Made by a program: the position numbers and the translations under genes. From contig JBGCGA010000013.1 of the NCBI GenBank assembly GCA_045110285.1, forward strand, positions 28,733 to 92,732: 64,000 nt of DNA. The letters are read 5' to 3'. The stretch is from Crocinitomicaceae bacterium (lineage in GTDB: Bacteria > Bacteroidota > Bacteroidia > Flavobacteriales_D > Crocinitomicaceae). Positions 9,569 to 19,380 of this stretch are shown here, in pieces. Every line of letters starts with the position of its first letter. Within the stretch, counting starts at the first letter, position 1. The notes below the pieces were generated by a model. That model did not search any database and was not told the DNA's origin. It saw only the letters and a program-made list of their open reading frames with translations.

Positions 9569-11296
9569 ATGAAAGCATTAAACACCATATTCTTAATACT
9601 AGTACTTCAATTCAATTTAATTGGGCAAAATGTTGAGGTAAAATCGTTTGTTGATAAAAGTGAGATTTTCACTAATGAAGTGATTACGTTTACAATTACT
9701 TCTAATGCAGATTGCGATATTTACACTCCAAATTTTGGTGGGTTAAAAATGATAGGCCAGCCTTTCCGTAGCTCTTCATCCATGACACTAGAGGTCAATG
9801 GCAGAGTAATTCAGCAGTCAAAACCATCTTTAATCTATCAGTTTGTAGCACCAAAAGCAGGAACATATACTATTTCAGCTATTCGTCTTTTGTGCAAAGG
9901 TAAAGAGTATAAAACAAAACCAATTAAAGTTACTGTAAAGTCAATACCTCAAAGTCAAAAAGTAACGATACCAAAAAACAATAGTGACTTTTTTATAAAA
10001 ATGAATGCCAGTAAAACATCTGTATTCCAGGGAGAGTCGTTTGTTTTAAGTTTGAAAGTATATTCTCTTAATCAGCCAGAAAACTTTGACAATCTAGAAT
10101 TAGGAACATCTAAAGGCCTTATTAGAAATAATTTAAATCCTGATCAGAGAAATCTAAATTTCACAATAGAATTTATTCAAGGAAAAAAATACTACACTAC
10201 AGTAATCAATTCTGAATTGTGCTTTGCGCAAAATACTGGAAAAATTGAAATTAGTCCAGCTCTTGTATCAGCAGTTTTCAGCCGGGGATTTTTCCAAAAA
10301 TCTAGAAAAGAAGCAAATTCTAATGCGTTAACTATAGCAGTAAAACCAAGAAAAGAGGCAGCACCTGAAAATGATAATGGCTTAGTTGGTACCTTTTCAC
10401 TTTCCGCAGCAACTGAAAAATTTGTGTATTCTGTTGGAGAAGCCATAGATTTGCAGATAAAGATTTCAGGAAACGGCAATTTAAATACATTCGATACACC
10501 TAATTTACAAGTACATGAAAATTTTGAAGTGTTCGATCCTGAAGTTACAGACAGTCTTAAATATGATGTAGATGGAATTACTGGAAATATTTCTTACAAT
10601 TTCGTAATCATTCCAAAAGCGGCAGGTCAATATAAAATTCCTCCCATTTCGTTCTCATACTTCGATTTAGATTCAGAATCTTATCAATCAAAAAGCACCG
10701 ATACTATATTTCTAAAAATTAAAGAAGGTCAAGCGAATATCAATCCTGAATCTGGAGTCAATTCTGCTAGTTCTGGTGCGGAAAATTCTTTGAGCGATAT
10801 TAGGTACTCTGAATCATTTAGCGATCAAGAATTGAACCATAACAGCTTTATAATCAAAAAAATATGGTTTTACTTGCTAATAGTGATTCTTGTGTTTATG
10901 GTTTGGTTTTTTATCAACCAGCATGTTAAAAATCAAACAGATTCCCATCAGCTAAAAAATTCTATAAAAGTAAGCCGAAAAGAGTCTTTGTTGAGACTTA
11001 AAACAGCCAAAAGATTGGCAAATGAACAACAAAATAAAGACGCTATTACAGAATTAAGTATTGCCTTAAAAAGCTTCATCAAGCAAAAAAATAACCTTTC
11101 TAACTACGACATGAGTAGCCATCAAATAGTTGAATTCTATACAAAAAAGTATTGGAGTCAAGCAGACTTAGCTCTTCTTCAAAATATTTGGAGTCAAATT
11201 GACATGTTCCAATATGCCCCTATTTCTTCCAACAAACTGGATGACTTAATAAAAAACACGGAATTATTAATTGATAAAATTGACCAAACCGAATGA
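9569..11296 (+). CDS. batD: BatD family protein
   Basis: Signal peptide, Ig-like repeats, ISGNGNL, FSYFD, C-terminal TM helix; operon order. Confidence 0.85.
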   Translation: MKALNTIFLILVLQFNLIGQNVEVKSFVDKSEIFTNEVITFTITSNADCDIYTPNFGGLKMIGQPFRSSSSMTLEVNGRVIQQSKPSLIYQFVAPKAGTYTISAIRLLCKGKEYKTKPIKVTVKSIPQSQKVTIPKNNSDFFIKMNASKTSVFQGESFVLSLKVYSLNQPENFDNLELGTSKGLIRNNLNPDQRNLNFTIEFIQGKKYYTTVINSELCFAQNTGKIEISPALVSAVFSRGFFQKSRKEANSNALTIAVKPRKEAAPENDNGLVGTFSLSAATEKFVYSVGEAIDLQIKISGNGNLNTFDTPNLQVHENFEVFDPEVTDSLKYDVDGITGNISYNFVIIPKAAGQYKIPPISFSYFDLDSESYQSKSTDTIFLKIKEGQANINPESGVNSASSGAENSLSDIRYSESFSDQELNHNSFIIKKIWFYLLIVILVFMVWFFINQHVKNQTDSHQLKNSIKVSRKESLLRLKTAKRLANEQQNKDAITELSIALKSFIKQKNNLSNYDMSSHQIVEFYTKKYWSQADLALLQNIWSQIDMFQYAPISSNKLDDLIKNTELLIDKIDQTE

Positions 11297-12033
11297 AAGC
11301 ATTTTATCTCTTTATCGCCCTGCTATTCTGTAATTTTAGCTTTAGTTCAGACTCTAGAAAAACTGAAGCAGATTCAGCTTATCTTGCGGGTGACTACAGC
11401 TACTCTTTAAAACTATATTCGCAATTATTAAATGAGTATCCCCATTCCGCACTTCTTTACTTTAAATTGGGAAATACTTATTTCAAAAATAATGAGCGAG
11501 GAAAAGCTATATGGGCTTATTACAGAGCTAAAAAACTAGCGCCAAACCATGAGGATATTAATTACAATTTAAATTATGTTTTGAATTTGTCTGAGATCGA
11601 AATCGAAAGTCAAATATTTGATTTTTCTAACCGGATAACCAAGTTTTTATATGGCAGAGGCACCAATTTTTGGGCATATTTAACATTAATTTTCACTTTT
11701 ATAGGAACACTGTTTTTTTATTTATTCAAAACTATAAAAGGCAAAAACAAACAGAGGATATTTCTTGTGGTTAGCATTTGCTCGGCACTAGTTTTTATTA
11801 TTAGTTTTTCCTTAGCAATTTTGCATTACAGATATATTAACACACTTGATCAAGGAATTATTATTGAGAACGCTGTAGAAGTAAAAACAGCTCCGTCGGA
11901 TAATGAGACAACTAGAATTGAATTGAGCGAAGGCATGAAGTTTAAATTAAAAGAAAAACAAAACGATTGGTTCAGAATAGAATTAGGCCAAGGTGAAGGT
12001 TGGATTAAAAAATCATCTGCTCTTCTATTTTAG
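11293..12033 (+). CDS. batE: BatE TPR + SH3-like protein
   Basis: YFKLGNTYFK TPR, two TM helices, C-terminal SH3b-like W.RIEL...EGWI. Confidence 0.85.
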   Translation: MKAFYLFIALLFCNFSFSSDSRKTEADSAYLAGDYSYSLKLYSQLLNEYPHSALLYFKLGNTYFKNNERGKAIWAYYRAKKLAPNHEDINYNLNYVLNLSEIEIESQIFDFSNRITKFLYGRGTNFWAYLTLIFTFIGTLFFYLFKTIKGKNKQRIFLVVSICSALVFIISFSLAILHYRYINTLDQGIIIENAVEVKTAPSDNETTRIELSEGMKFKLKEKQNDWFRIELGQGEGWIKKSSALLF

Positions 12034-12049
12034 CATTGCAAATCTGCCT

Positions 12050-12577
12050 CTATCCCACTCTTTCCAGTTCACCATCTCTAATATTGTGATACAAATAACT
12101 TGATAAATGCAAGGACTCATCTCTGGTGGCCCTTTGTCCTAGTTTGGCAATAATATATAAAGAGGCAATAAGGCTTAGCATAATTGGCAAAAAATAGATC
12201 CATAGAGAATCAATTCCTAAATTCCATTGAGCCATCCCATACATTCCTCCAAATAAACAAATGAAACCAAGTAATGTATATAAAAAAACAAATAATACCC
12301 ATACTTTGTGACGAGGACCAATAACTACCCGTATAAATGATCCTTCTTCCGCTTCATTCTTTTCAATTGATGCCCTGAGTTCAGGCGACCAATACTTTTG
12401 AGATTCATTTGGAATATCCAGATAGAAAACATCTAGTACTTTTCTTCCTAAAACCGTATCATCAGATTTTAATCCTGCCATTAGGTTTTCAATCACTTTA
12501 TCTGCTGGTAAAGTGGATTTCAGTTTAAAACGTGGACGGATTTCAATGAAATCACCATCTGCTCTATTAAATGGCAT
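12050..12577 (-). CDS. Hypothetical membrane protein (2 TM)
   Basis: Likely start MPFNRADG at 12577; IRPRF, YWSPEL and GPRHKVW motifs, then two hydrophobic helices. Confidence 0.75.
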   Translation of the reverse strand: MPFNRADGDFIEIRPRFKLKSTLPADKVIENLMAGLKSDDTVLGRKVLDVFYLDIPNESQKYWSPELRASIEKNEAEEGSFIRVVIGPRHKVWVLFVFLYTLLGFICLFGGMYGMAQWNLGIDSLWIYFLPIMLSLIASLYIIAKLGQRATRDESLHLSSYLYHNIRDGELERVG

Positions 12578-12665
12578 AGGATTAAATTTTATTAAATAAA
12601 TATAACAAATAAGTATTAAATACACTTAATTGAATCAATTCTGCATTCAATCTCAATCTAAACCT

Positions 12666-12673
12666 TAATTTTG
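12666..12673 (+). promoter_or_regulatory. -7 promoter box upstream of ribB
   Basis: TAATTTTG, 17 nt before the ATG at 12691. Confidence 0.55.
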
Positions 12674-12690
12674 TACGCAAATTAACAGAC

Positions 12691-13806
12691 ATGAGTTTTA
12701 AATTGGACAAAATTGAAGATGCGATAGCAGACATAAAAGCTGGCAAAGTAATTATTGTAGTTGATGACGAAGACAGGGAAAATGAAGGTGATTTTATAGC
12801 TGCTGCTGAAATGGTTAACCCCGAAATGATCAATTTTATGGCAACTCATGGTCGTGGGCTCATATGCGCGCCATTAACTGAAGACAGATGTGATGAACTC
12901 AGTTTAAATATGATGGTTGAGGACAATACAGTTTTACACAACACGCAATTTACAGTATCCGTTGACTTAATTGGACACGGTTGTACAACTGGAATTTCTG
13001 CTTATGATCGGTCTCAAACCATAAAATTCTTAACGCTTTCAGACACAAAGCCATCAGATTTAGGTCGTCCCGGACATATTTTTCCGCTAAAAGCAAAAAA
13101 AGGTGGCGTTTTAAGAAGAGCTGGGCATACTGAGGCCTCTATTGATATTGCTAAATTAGCAGGTATGAAACCCGCTGGAATTTTAGTCGAAATTTTAAAT
13201 GAAGACGGGTCAATGGCTCGCCTTCCTCAGCTAATACCAGTTGCAGAAAAGTTTGACTTAAAAATAATTTCAATTGCAGATTTAATTGCTTACAGAATGC
13301 AAAACGAGTCATTAATTGAAAAAACAATAGAGGTTGACTTCCCTACACTTTGGGGCGATTTTAAATTGGCGGCATACAAACAAACCACTACAGACGAAGA
13401 GCATATTGTACTTTACAAAGGCGAATGGACAGCAGACGAATCTGTTTTGGTGCGGGTAGAATCTTCTGCTTTTTCGCATAATTTACTAGATGCAGTGCGT
13501 TCAGACAAACAATCGAATATTAGTGCGGCCTTACAATTAATTAACGAGCATGAGCAAGGCATATTATTGTTTATGCAACAAGGTGAAAAAGTGGAAACAA
13601 TAGTGGAAACCATCCAATCATACAGCAACGAAAAGATTGGCAGAAAAATGGATTCAAAAGATTACGGAATAGGTTCACAAATTTTACGTGGTTTGGGTGT
13701 AAAAAAACTAAAACTTGTTACCAATAGCAACCAATTAAACGAAACCGTTATTAATGCTTACGGTTTAGAAGTAGTTGAAACTGTTCCTTTTGTAAAAAAA
13801 GGATAA
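12691..13806 (+). CDS. ribB: 3,4-dihydroxy-2-butanone-4-phosphate synthase fused to a degenerate GTP cyclohydrolase II domain (RibBX type)
   Basis: DDEDRENEGD, TTGISAYDR, RPGHIFPL and RAGHTEA are intact; the C-domain lacks the Zn-binding cysteines. Confidence 0.92.
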   Translation: MSFKLDKIEDAIADIKAGKVIIVVDDEDRENEGDFIAAAEMVNPEMINFMATHGRGLICAPLTEDRCDELSLNMMVEDNTVLHNTQFTVSVDLIGHGCTTGISAYDRSQTIKFLTLSDTKPSDLGRPGHIFPLKAKKGGVLRRAGHTEASIDIAKLAGMKPAGILVEILNEDGSMARLPQLIPVAEKFDLKIISIADLIAYRMQNESLIEKTIEVDFPTLWGDFKLAAYKQTTTDEEHIVLYKGEWTADESVLVRVESSAFSHNLLDAVRSDKQSNISAALQLINEHEQGILLFMQQGEKVETIVETIQSYSNEKIGRKMDSKDYGIGSQILRGLGVKKLKLVTNSNQLNETVINAYGLEVVETVPFVKKG

Positions 13807-13823
13807 GATTAAAGATAATAATT

Positions 13824-14303
13824 ATGAGTGCAATTAGTCCACAAAACATTGAAAACGCTATTAAAAAAATAGATGGCTTAAATGAAGATGCTTTAGACAA
13901 AATTATTGAAACCTATGCCTTAAAGCAAGAAGATTTACTCGGACATGTAATGCAAGCAGGTGTTGAATATGAGAACGAAGACTTAAACACATTTTCAATT
14001 TACTATTTTGCAATTGTTATGGCTGCTTTTGATGATGCAAAACTTAAGCTCAACACCATCACACAGGATGACATTGACGATTTTCAAGAACCATTCGTTC
14101 TTGCCTTAGATGAAATTAATAAAAATGAAGACTACACACCGCTTCACGAGCTCATAAACCAACCTAATTTGACCATTTTTATGGCAAACGAAATTGATGC
14201 CGAAGACGAAGATGGTGAAGTTTTAGCTGAAGAAACCAAAACGCAATTATTTATTGTCATGTCGTCAATGATTGGTCTGATGAATAAGGCCATAACTAAG
14301 TGA
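13824..14303 (+). CDS. Acidic hypothetical protein
   Basis: 159-aa ORF with an A-rich leader, overlapping the next gene; no recognised motif. Confidence 0.75.
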   Translation: MSAISPQNIENAIKKIDGLNEDALDKIIETYALKQEDLLGHVMQAGVEYENEDLNTFSIYYFAIVMAAFDDAKLKLNTITQDDIDDFQEPFVLALDEINKNEDYTPLHELINQPNLTIFMANEIDAEDEDGEVLAEETKTQLFIVMSSMIGLMNKAITK

Positions 14304-14710
14304 TGCTATCCCCTAACAAAATAGTTAAAAAAATGATGGCAGATGATGCCATGAGCCAATGGTTAGGGATTCAAATTACTACAATAGCACCAGGAAATGT
14401 TGTGTTGCAAATGGTTGTTAGACCAGAAATGGTTAATGGGTTTGGAATCGCACATGGTGGAATTACCTATTCATTATCAGACACCTGTTTGGCCTTCTCT
14501 TCAAATAGTCACGGTCTTAAGGCTGTTTCAGTTGAAACTTCCATTTCTCATCTAAAACCTGTGAAAGTTGACGATATTTTGAAAACTGAAATAGAGGAAA
14601 TAAATTTAAGTAGTCGATTTGGGATTTATCAGGTAAAGGTAATTAATCAAAATTCTGAACTTGTGTCTGTCTTCAAAGGGACAATGTACAGGAAAGATGA
14701 ATGGACCTAG
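14300..14710 (+). CDS. PaaI-family hotdog-fold thioesterase
   Basis: NGFGIAHGGITYSLSD hotdog motif. Confidence 0.88.
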   Translation: MMLSPNKIVKKMMADDAMSQWLGIQITTIAPGNVVLQMVVRPEMVNGFGIAHGGITYSLSDTCLAFSSNSHGLKAVSVETSISHLKPVKVDDILKTEIEEINLSSRFGIYQVKVINQNSELVSVFKGTMYRKDEWT

Positions 14711-15393
14711 AAGTTTAGCTGCATTCCTCTTCTCATTAATCTTTTCTTCTTTCGAGCCTCTTTCTTTCGCTTTTTCACAAGCGCTTTATACCTTTTCTTT
14801 TTTTCTTTTAATCGCTTTTCTTCCTCTTTAAAATCGGCTTTAGTTATTAGCTTAGGTTTCGATTTTATAATTATTTTCCCGTCCTCTATTTCTCTTATAA
14901 TGTATTCTAAAACATAATTCTCTTTTTTAATATAAGCAGCTTTTATGTCTTGTTCAAACATTTTTCCCATCAAATTAAAAACCATGGCATCATCCTTTCC
15001 TCTGTATTTTCTAACAATGTCATATACCGTACTACCAGTTTCTCTTCCAATTAGACTCATCAGTACTTTTCCTTCCGATATGTATAAATCAAGCATGGCA
15101 TACTTAAAATTGCTTTTTAATTCTTTATATGAAATTTTGCAATGCTTATTGCGTTTTCGTCTTTTCTCAATGCTTTGCAAATCACCTTCAAGCTGATTTA
15201 AAACATTAGCAGCATACAAAGCGTAGGGATATACTTTTATCACTCTTGGCTTTAAGTATTTATATTGTTTCTGAAATTCAGCATCAACCACTTCAATTGG
15301 CTTTATATGTGAATTAGGCAATAGAATGGCCTCCGTTTGACCAATTGCTGTCACACTCACTAAAAAAACCACTATAAAGAGTAAATATTTCAT
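14707..15393 (-). CDS. DUF4294-like exported protein
   Basis: Likely start MKYLLFIVV at 15393; KVYPYA and GKVLMSLIGRETG motifs; basic C-tail. Confidence 0.75.
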   Translation of the reverse strand: MKYLLFIVVFLVSVTAIGQTEAILLPNSHIKPIEVVDAEFQKQYKYLKPRVIKVYPYALYAANVLNQLEGDLQSIEKRRKRNKHCKISYKELKSNFKYAMLDLYISEGKVLMSLIGRETGSTVYDIVRKYRGKDDAMVFNLMGKMFEQDIKAAYIKKENYVLEYIIREIEDGKIIIKSKPKLITKADFKEEEKRLKEKKKRYKALVKKRKKEARKKKRLMRRGMQLNF

Positions 15394-15480
15394 AACTGAA
15401 CTTTTTGCAGACAGTGTAAATACAATTTCCGTTCCTAAAATTAGTTCTAGAATTCGTATCATTGTAAATATACGTGTTTT

Positions 15481-15918
15481 ATGAAAAATTCTATTTATAT
15501 CTGTTTGGGTATTTTAGTTTTCAGTTGCAGTCAAACTGAGAATAAAAATAATTTAACAACTTCAAAACCTGACCCTATTAGCAAAATTGATGATGCATTG
15601 ATTGATTCAATTATCACTGTTTTAGACTCTAATTCAGTGGAAGACTATGAAGAAAATGAGGAATTAGCACAAAAAGAGGTTATTGAAAAAGTATACGGCA
15701 AACAATGGGACTTTTGTGACTGCATTCAAAAAACAGATTCTATTCAAAAAGCAATTGATAATGTGGCTGAAATCAGTGATTCAGATTTTGATAAAATTAT
15801 GAATCGATTTGATGAAATTGACCAGCATTGCAAGGCCATCATAACAAGCCCAAACACAACCCCGGAAGAGCGAAAAGCACATGAGCGAAAAGTAAAAAAG
15901 TGCTTAAAAAAATTGTAG
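15481..15918 (+). CDS. Hypothetical lipoprotein (Cys-containing)
   Basis: Lipobox VFSC; FCDC motif plus two further Cys. Confidence 0.8.
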   Translation: MKNSIYICLGILVFSCSQTENKNNLTTSKPDPISKIDDALIDSIITVLDSNSVEDYEENEELAQKEVIEKVYGKQWDFCDCIQKTDSIQKAIDNVAEISDSDFDKIMNRFDEIDQHCKAIITSPNTTPEERKAHERKVKKCLKKL

Positions 15919-15928
15919 AAAAAAAAAA

Positions 15929-15954
15929 GACGTTTTAGATTAATCTAAAACGTC
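15929..15954. terminator. Perfect 26-bp palindrome, probable intrinsic terminator between convergent genes
   Basis: GACGTTTTAGATTAATCTAAAACGTC, preceded by an A-run (U-tract on the minus strand). Confidence 0.75.
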
Positions 15955-15985
15955 CTGTCTAATTATTTCTAAGTTGACTTTGCTT

Positions 15986-16417
15986 CTATGCCGGAAAAGC
16001 AATTACAGTCTCTTCATTGGCTTTTTCAGGCTCAACCTTAATAATACCATTACCAATCAAAGAATCTTCGTCACCTGCAGCATTCAATAAAAACACCTCA
16101 ATGTCTAACACTGCGTAACCTGCCTGGCCTAAATTAAATTTGTCAGTGTAATCAAAAAACGCCTTACCTTCAAAGTCTGTCTCAACTACCACTTCCCATA
16201 TTGTATCTAAAGCATTTGAATTTACTTTATTTCCTTCATCATCAAGCGTAGGTGTTCCAAATAATCTAACATCAGCAAATTCAACAATATTTCCAGCTGT
16301 ATCAATCACTGAAATAGTTGCTGTTGTTGGTTGCTCTTTTTTGCATGAATTTAATCCAACAATAACGAATAATAAAAAGGTTGCCGATAATGCGGTTTTT
16401 AAAAGAAATCTATTCAT
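15986..16417 (-). CDS. Hypothetical lipoprotein (beta-sandwich-like)
   Basis: Lipobox LNSC followed by KKE; beta-rich sequence. Confidence 0.8.
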   Translation of the reverse strand: MNRFLLKTALSATFLLFVIVGLNSCKKEQPTTATISVIDTAGNIVEFADVRLFGTPTLDDEGNKVNSNALDTIWEVVVETDFEGKAFFDYTDKFNLGQAGYAVLDIEVFLLNAAGDEDSLIGNGIIKVEPEKANEETVIAFPA

Positions 16418-16467
16418 AATTTTCGATTTTTATCTGTAATTTCGCTGTGCTATTATGCGAAAAGAAA

Positions 16468-16475
16468 CAAATATA
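16468..16475 (-). promoter_or_regulatory. -7 promoter box for the lipoprotein gene starting at 16417
   Basis: TATATTTG on the minus strand. Confidence 0.45.
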
Positions 16476-16542
16476 TAGTTTTGATTTGAATTGTGTTATT
16501 ATAGCATAAACAATTTTATACCCCATTTAGTTACACCCATCA

Positions 16543-17577
16543 ATGGATTTAAAGGAAAAAATAAAACACTTAAGCCAAGAAATTTCGGATTTCAAGATAC
16601 AATCAAAGGATGATTTAGAGCGATTTCGAATCAAATACCTCGGTTCAAAAGGTAATTTAAAACTTCTTTATCAAGACCTTAAGTGGGTAAGCAGTGATTT
16701 AAAGCGTGAGTTTGGACAATTAATAAATGGCGTAAAAGTTTCGACTGAGGAGAAATTTTCAGAATTCAAAAATAAAATTGAATCAAACTCAACTTCCAGG
16801 AGCTATAGCAATATTGATTTGAGTCGCCCGAGTGATTCTAAGCCTTTAGGTGCTAGGCATCCACTAGCAATTGTTAAAAATGAAATTATTGATATTTTTA
16901 AACGAATAGGATTTACGGTTTCAGAAGGGCCTGAAATTGAGGATGACTGGCATAATTTTTCTGCTTTAAATTTTCCGCCAGAGCATCCAGCAAGAGATAT
17001 GCAAGATACTTTTTTCATTGAAACGGGCGAAAACGAAATGGCGCTTCGAACTCATACTTCTTCTGTTCAAGTACGTGTAATGGAGAATGAAAAGCCGCCG
17101 ATAAGAACGATAAGCCCCGGAAGAGTATATAGAAACGAAGCCATTTCTGCAAGAGCACATTGCTTTTTTCACCAAGTGGAAGGATTGTATATTGATAAAG
17201 ATGTTTCATTTGCAGATTTGAAACAAACCCTACTTTATTTCGCTCAAGAAATGTTTGGCGAAAAGGCTGAAATAAGATTGAGACCCTCTTATTTCCCTTT
17301 TACAGAACCTTCAGCAGAGGTGGATGTTTCATGCACAATATGCAATGCAAAAGGATGTAATGTCTGCAAGTATACAGGCTGGTTAGAAATATTAGGCTGT
17401 GGGATGGTAGATACAAATGTATTGGAAGCAGCCAATATTGACACTAAAGAGTATTCAGGCTATGCATTTGGAATGGGAATTGAAAGAATTGCTCAATTAA
17501 AATATAGGGTGAATGATTTGCGCTTGTATTCAGAAAATGACGTGCGTTTTTTATCTCAATTTAAATCGGCTTATTAA
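16543..17577 (+). CDS. pheS: Phenylalanine--tRNA ligase alpha subunit
   Basis: HPARDMQDTF, LRTHTSSVQ, FHQVEG, RPSYFPFTEPS, GYAFGMGIER. Confidence 0.98.
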   Translation: MDLKEKIKHLSQEISDFKIQSKDDLERFRIKYLGSKGNLKLLYQDLKWVSSDLKREFGQLINGVKVSTEEKFSEFKNKIESNSTSRSYSNIDLSRPSDSKPLGARHPLAIVKNEIIDIFKRIGFTVSEGPEIEDDWHNFSALNFPPEHPARDMQDTFFIETGENEMALRTHTSSVQVRVMENEKPPIRTISPGRVYRNEAISARAHCFFHQVEGLYIDKDVSFADLKQTLLYFAQEMFGEKAEIRLRPSYFPFTEPSAEVDVSCTICNAKGCNVCKYTGWLEILGCGMVDTNVLEAANIDTKEYSGYAFGMGIERIAQLKYRVNDLRLYSENDVRFLSQFKSAY

Positions 17578-18302
17578 TGATAAAGGCTGTAATTATAGAT
17601 GATATTCCTGAGGCAATTCAAGTGCTGTCAACTGATATCAAAACATATTGCTCGAATATAGAAATTATTGGAAACGCAAATGGCGTTGTGTCAGGTGCTA
17701 AGCTAATAAAATCGTTACAACCAGACCTCGTATTTTTAGATATTCAAATGCCTGATGGCAGTGGGTTTGATTTATTAGAAATACTTGATGACACTAATTT
17801 TAAGTTGATTTTTACTACTGCATCTGATGAATTTGCGATTAAAGCCTTTAAATTTTCGGCAATCGATTATCTGTTAAAACCTATTGATCCTGATGATTTA
17901 ATTCAAGCTGTTAGTAAAATTGACTCACAAATTAACCCTACTGAAAGGTTAGAGCTTTTAAAAACAAATTTGGACACGCCAAAAAAACTGGCTTTAAATA
18001 CGGTCGATAAAATTCACATAGTTGATGTAAAAGATATAATAAGACTAGAATCTAATATCAATTATACTAAATTCTATTTTAAAGATAACAGTAAACTACT
18101 GGTCACCAAAACTCTGAAAGAATTTGATAAATTGCTAAGTGAACACGGATTTATTCGCGTCCACCAATCACACCTTATCGCCAAAAATCAAATTAAAGCA
18201 TTTTTGAAGCAAAATGGTGAAATTCAATTAAAAGACGACAGCAGAATTCCTGTTTCTACCAGAAAGAAAACAATTTTGATGGAAATGATTTCAAAGTTAT
18301 AA
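17577..18302 (+). CDS. LytTR-family response regulator
   Basis: IIDD, FLDIQMP, DYLLKP receiver domain; FIRVHQSH LytTR domain. Confidence 0.93.
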   Translation: MIKAVIIDDIPEAIQVLSTDIKTYCSNIEIIGNANGVVSGAKLIKSLQPDLVFLDIQMPDGSGFDLLEILDDTNFKLIFTTASDEFAIKAFKFSAIDYLLKPIDPDDLIQAVSKIDSQINPTERLELLKTNLDTPKKLALNTVDKIHIVDVKDIIRLESNINYTKFYFKDNSKLLVTKTLKEFDKLLSEHGFIRVHQSHLIAKNQIKAFLKQNGEIQLKDDSRIPVSTRKKTILMEMISKL

Positions 18303-18303
18303 C

Positions 18304-19380
18304 ATGAAGGATATTTTAAAATATTTACTACTTGTATCGATTATCACCTTAATGGTAGCAGGATGTAGAACTGAAAAGAAAAAAAACAAAGATAGAAAAC
18401 CAAGTGTTGCTTTAAAAGTAAAGTCTCCTTCACGAGATGCCTCATTTACAGTTGGTGATGATATTAAAGTTGAAATTGAAATACTTGATTCTACCAATGT
18501 AAAAAATTTGACTGTCACGTTTGACGAATTAATAATTCAAGAAAATTTAGATCCAGTTTCTCAAACAGTGACCATTAATACAGAGGACATGTGGGTCGGA
18601 TATTCAACTGTGCACATTAGCTATAATGACATGGAAGGAAAAGCTAGGAAAGCGACGAGAAATGTTATTTTATTTTCAGACATAGTACCTGAACAAAAAA
18701 TTGCCTCAATAGTTAAAACCTATCCTCACAGCACAAACTCTTATACACAGGGACTTGAATTTTATAAAGGAAATCTATTCGAAAGCACTGGATCTGGAGA
18801 TGGTAATAAATCATTTATTGCCACAGTTGACTTAAATTCGGGAAAGCACCTAAAATATAAAGAACTCGACAATCCTGGATATTTTGGAGAAGGTATCACC
18901 ATTTTAAATGACACCATATATCAATTGACTTGGCAAGCTCAGCGGTGTTTTGTTTATGATCTTGACTTCAACTATATTAAAACATTTGAATACCAGGGAG
19001 ACGGTTGGGGATTAACAAATGACGGAACCTCCCTAATTATGTCGAACGGCAGCTCGCGCATTGCTTGGCGCAACCCCACAACTTTTGAAATTGAAAGAGA
19101 AATTGATGTTTTTGGAAACCAAAAAGAAGTGAATCAGCTGAATGAATTAGAGTTAATCAATGGTGACTTATGGTGTAATGTTTATCAATCGAATTATTTA
19201 GTACAAGTTGAAATTAATACTGGAAAAGTTTTATCATATATTGATTGTGCAGGAATTGCTTTTGAAGGTAGGGATCAGTATTCCAATGTTTTGAATGGAA
19301 TTGCCTATGATGCCGCTAATGAAAAATTATATCTAACAGGTAAGCTGTGGCCAAAATTGTTTGAAGTAAAAATTGATTAA
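18304..19380 (+). CDS. Glutaminyl-peptide cyclotransferase (beta-propeller type), lipoprotein
   Basis: Lipobox VAGC; YTQGLEF, FGEGIT, GWGLT, LNELE, VLNGIAY, TGKLWP. Confidence 0.92.
   Translation: MKDILKYLLLVSIITLMVAGCRTEKKKNKDRKPSVALKVKSPSRDASFTVGDDIKVEIEILDSTNVKNLTVTFDELIIQENLDPVSQTVTINTEDMWVGYSTVHISYNDMEGKARKATRNVILFSDIVPEQKIASIVKTYPHSTNSYTQGLEFYKGNLFESTGSGDGNKSFIATVDLNSGKHLKYKELDNPGYFGEGITILNDTIYQLTWQAQRCFVYDLDFNYIKTFEYQGDGWGLTNDGTSLIMSNGSSRIAWRNPTTFEIEREIDVFGNQKEVNQLNELELINGDLWCNVYQSNYLVQVEINTGKVLSYIDCAGIAFEGRDQYSNVLNGIAYDAANEKLYLTGKLWPKLFEVKID

Noticed and set aside
16543-17577. pheS without an adjacent pheT
   Set aside because: Separation of pheS and pheT is usual in Bacteroidota
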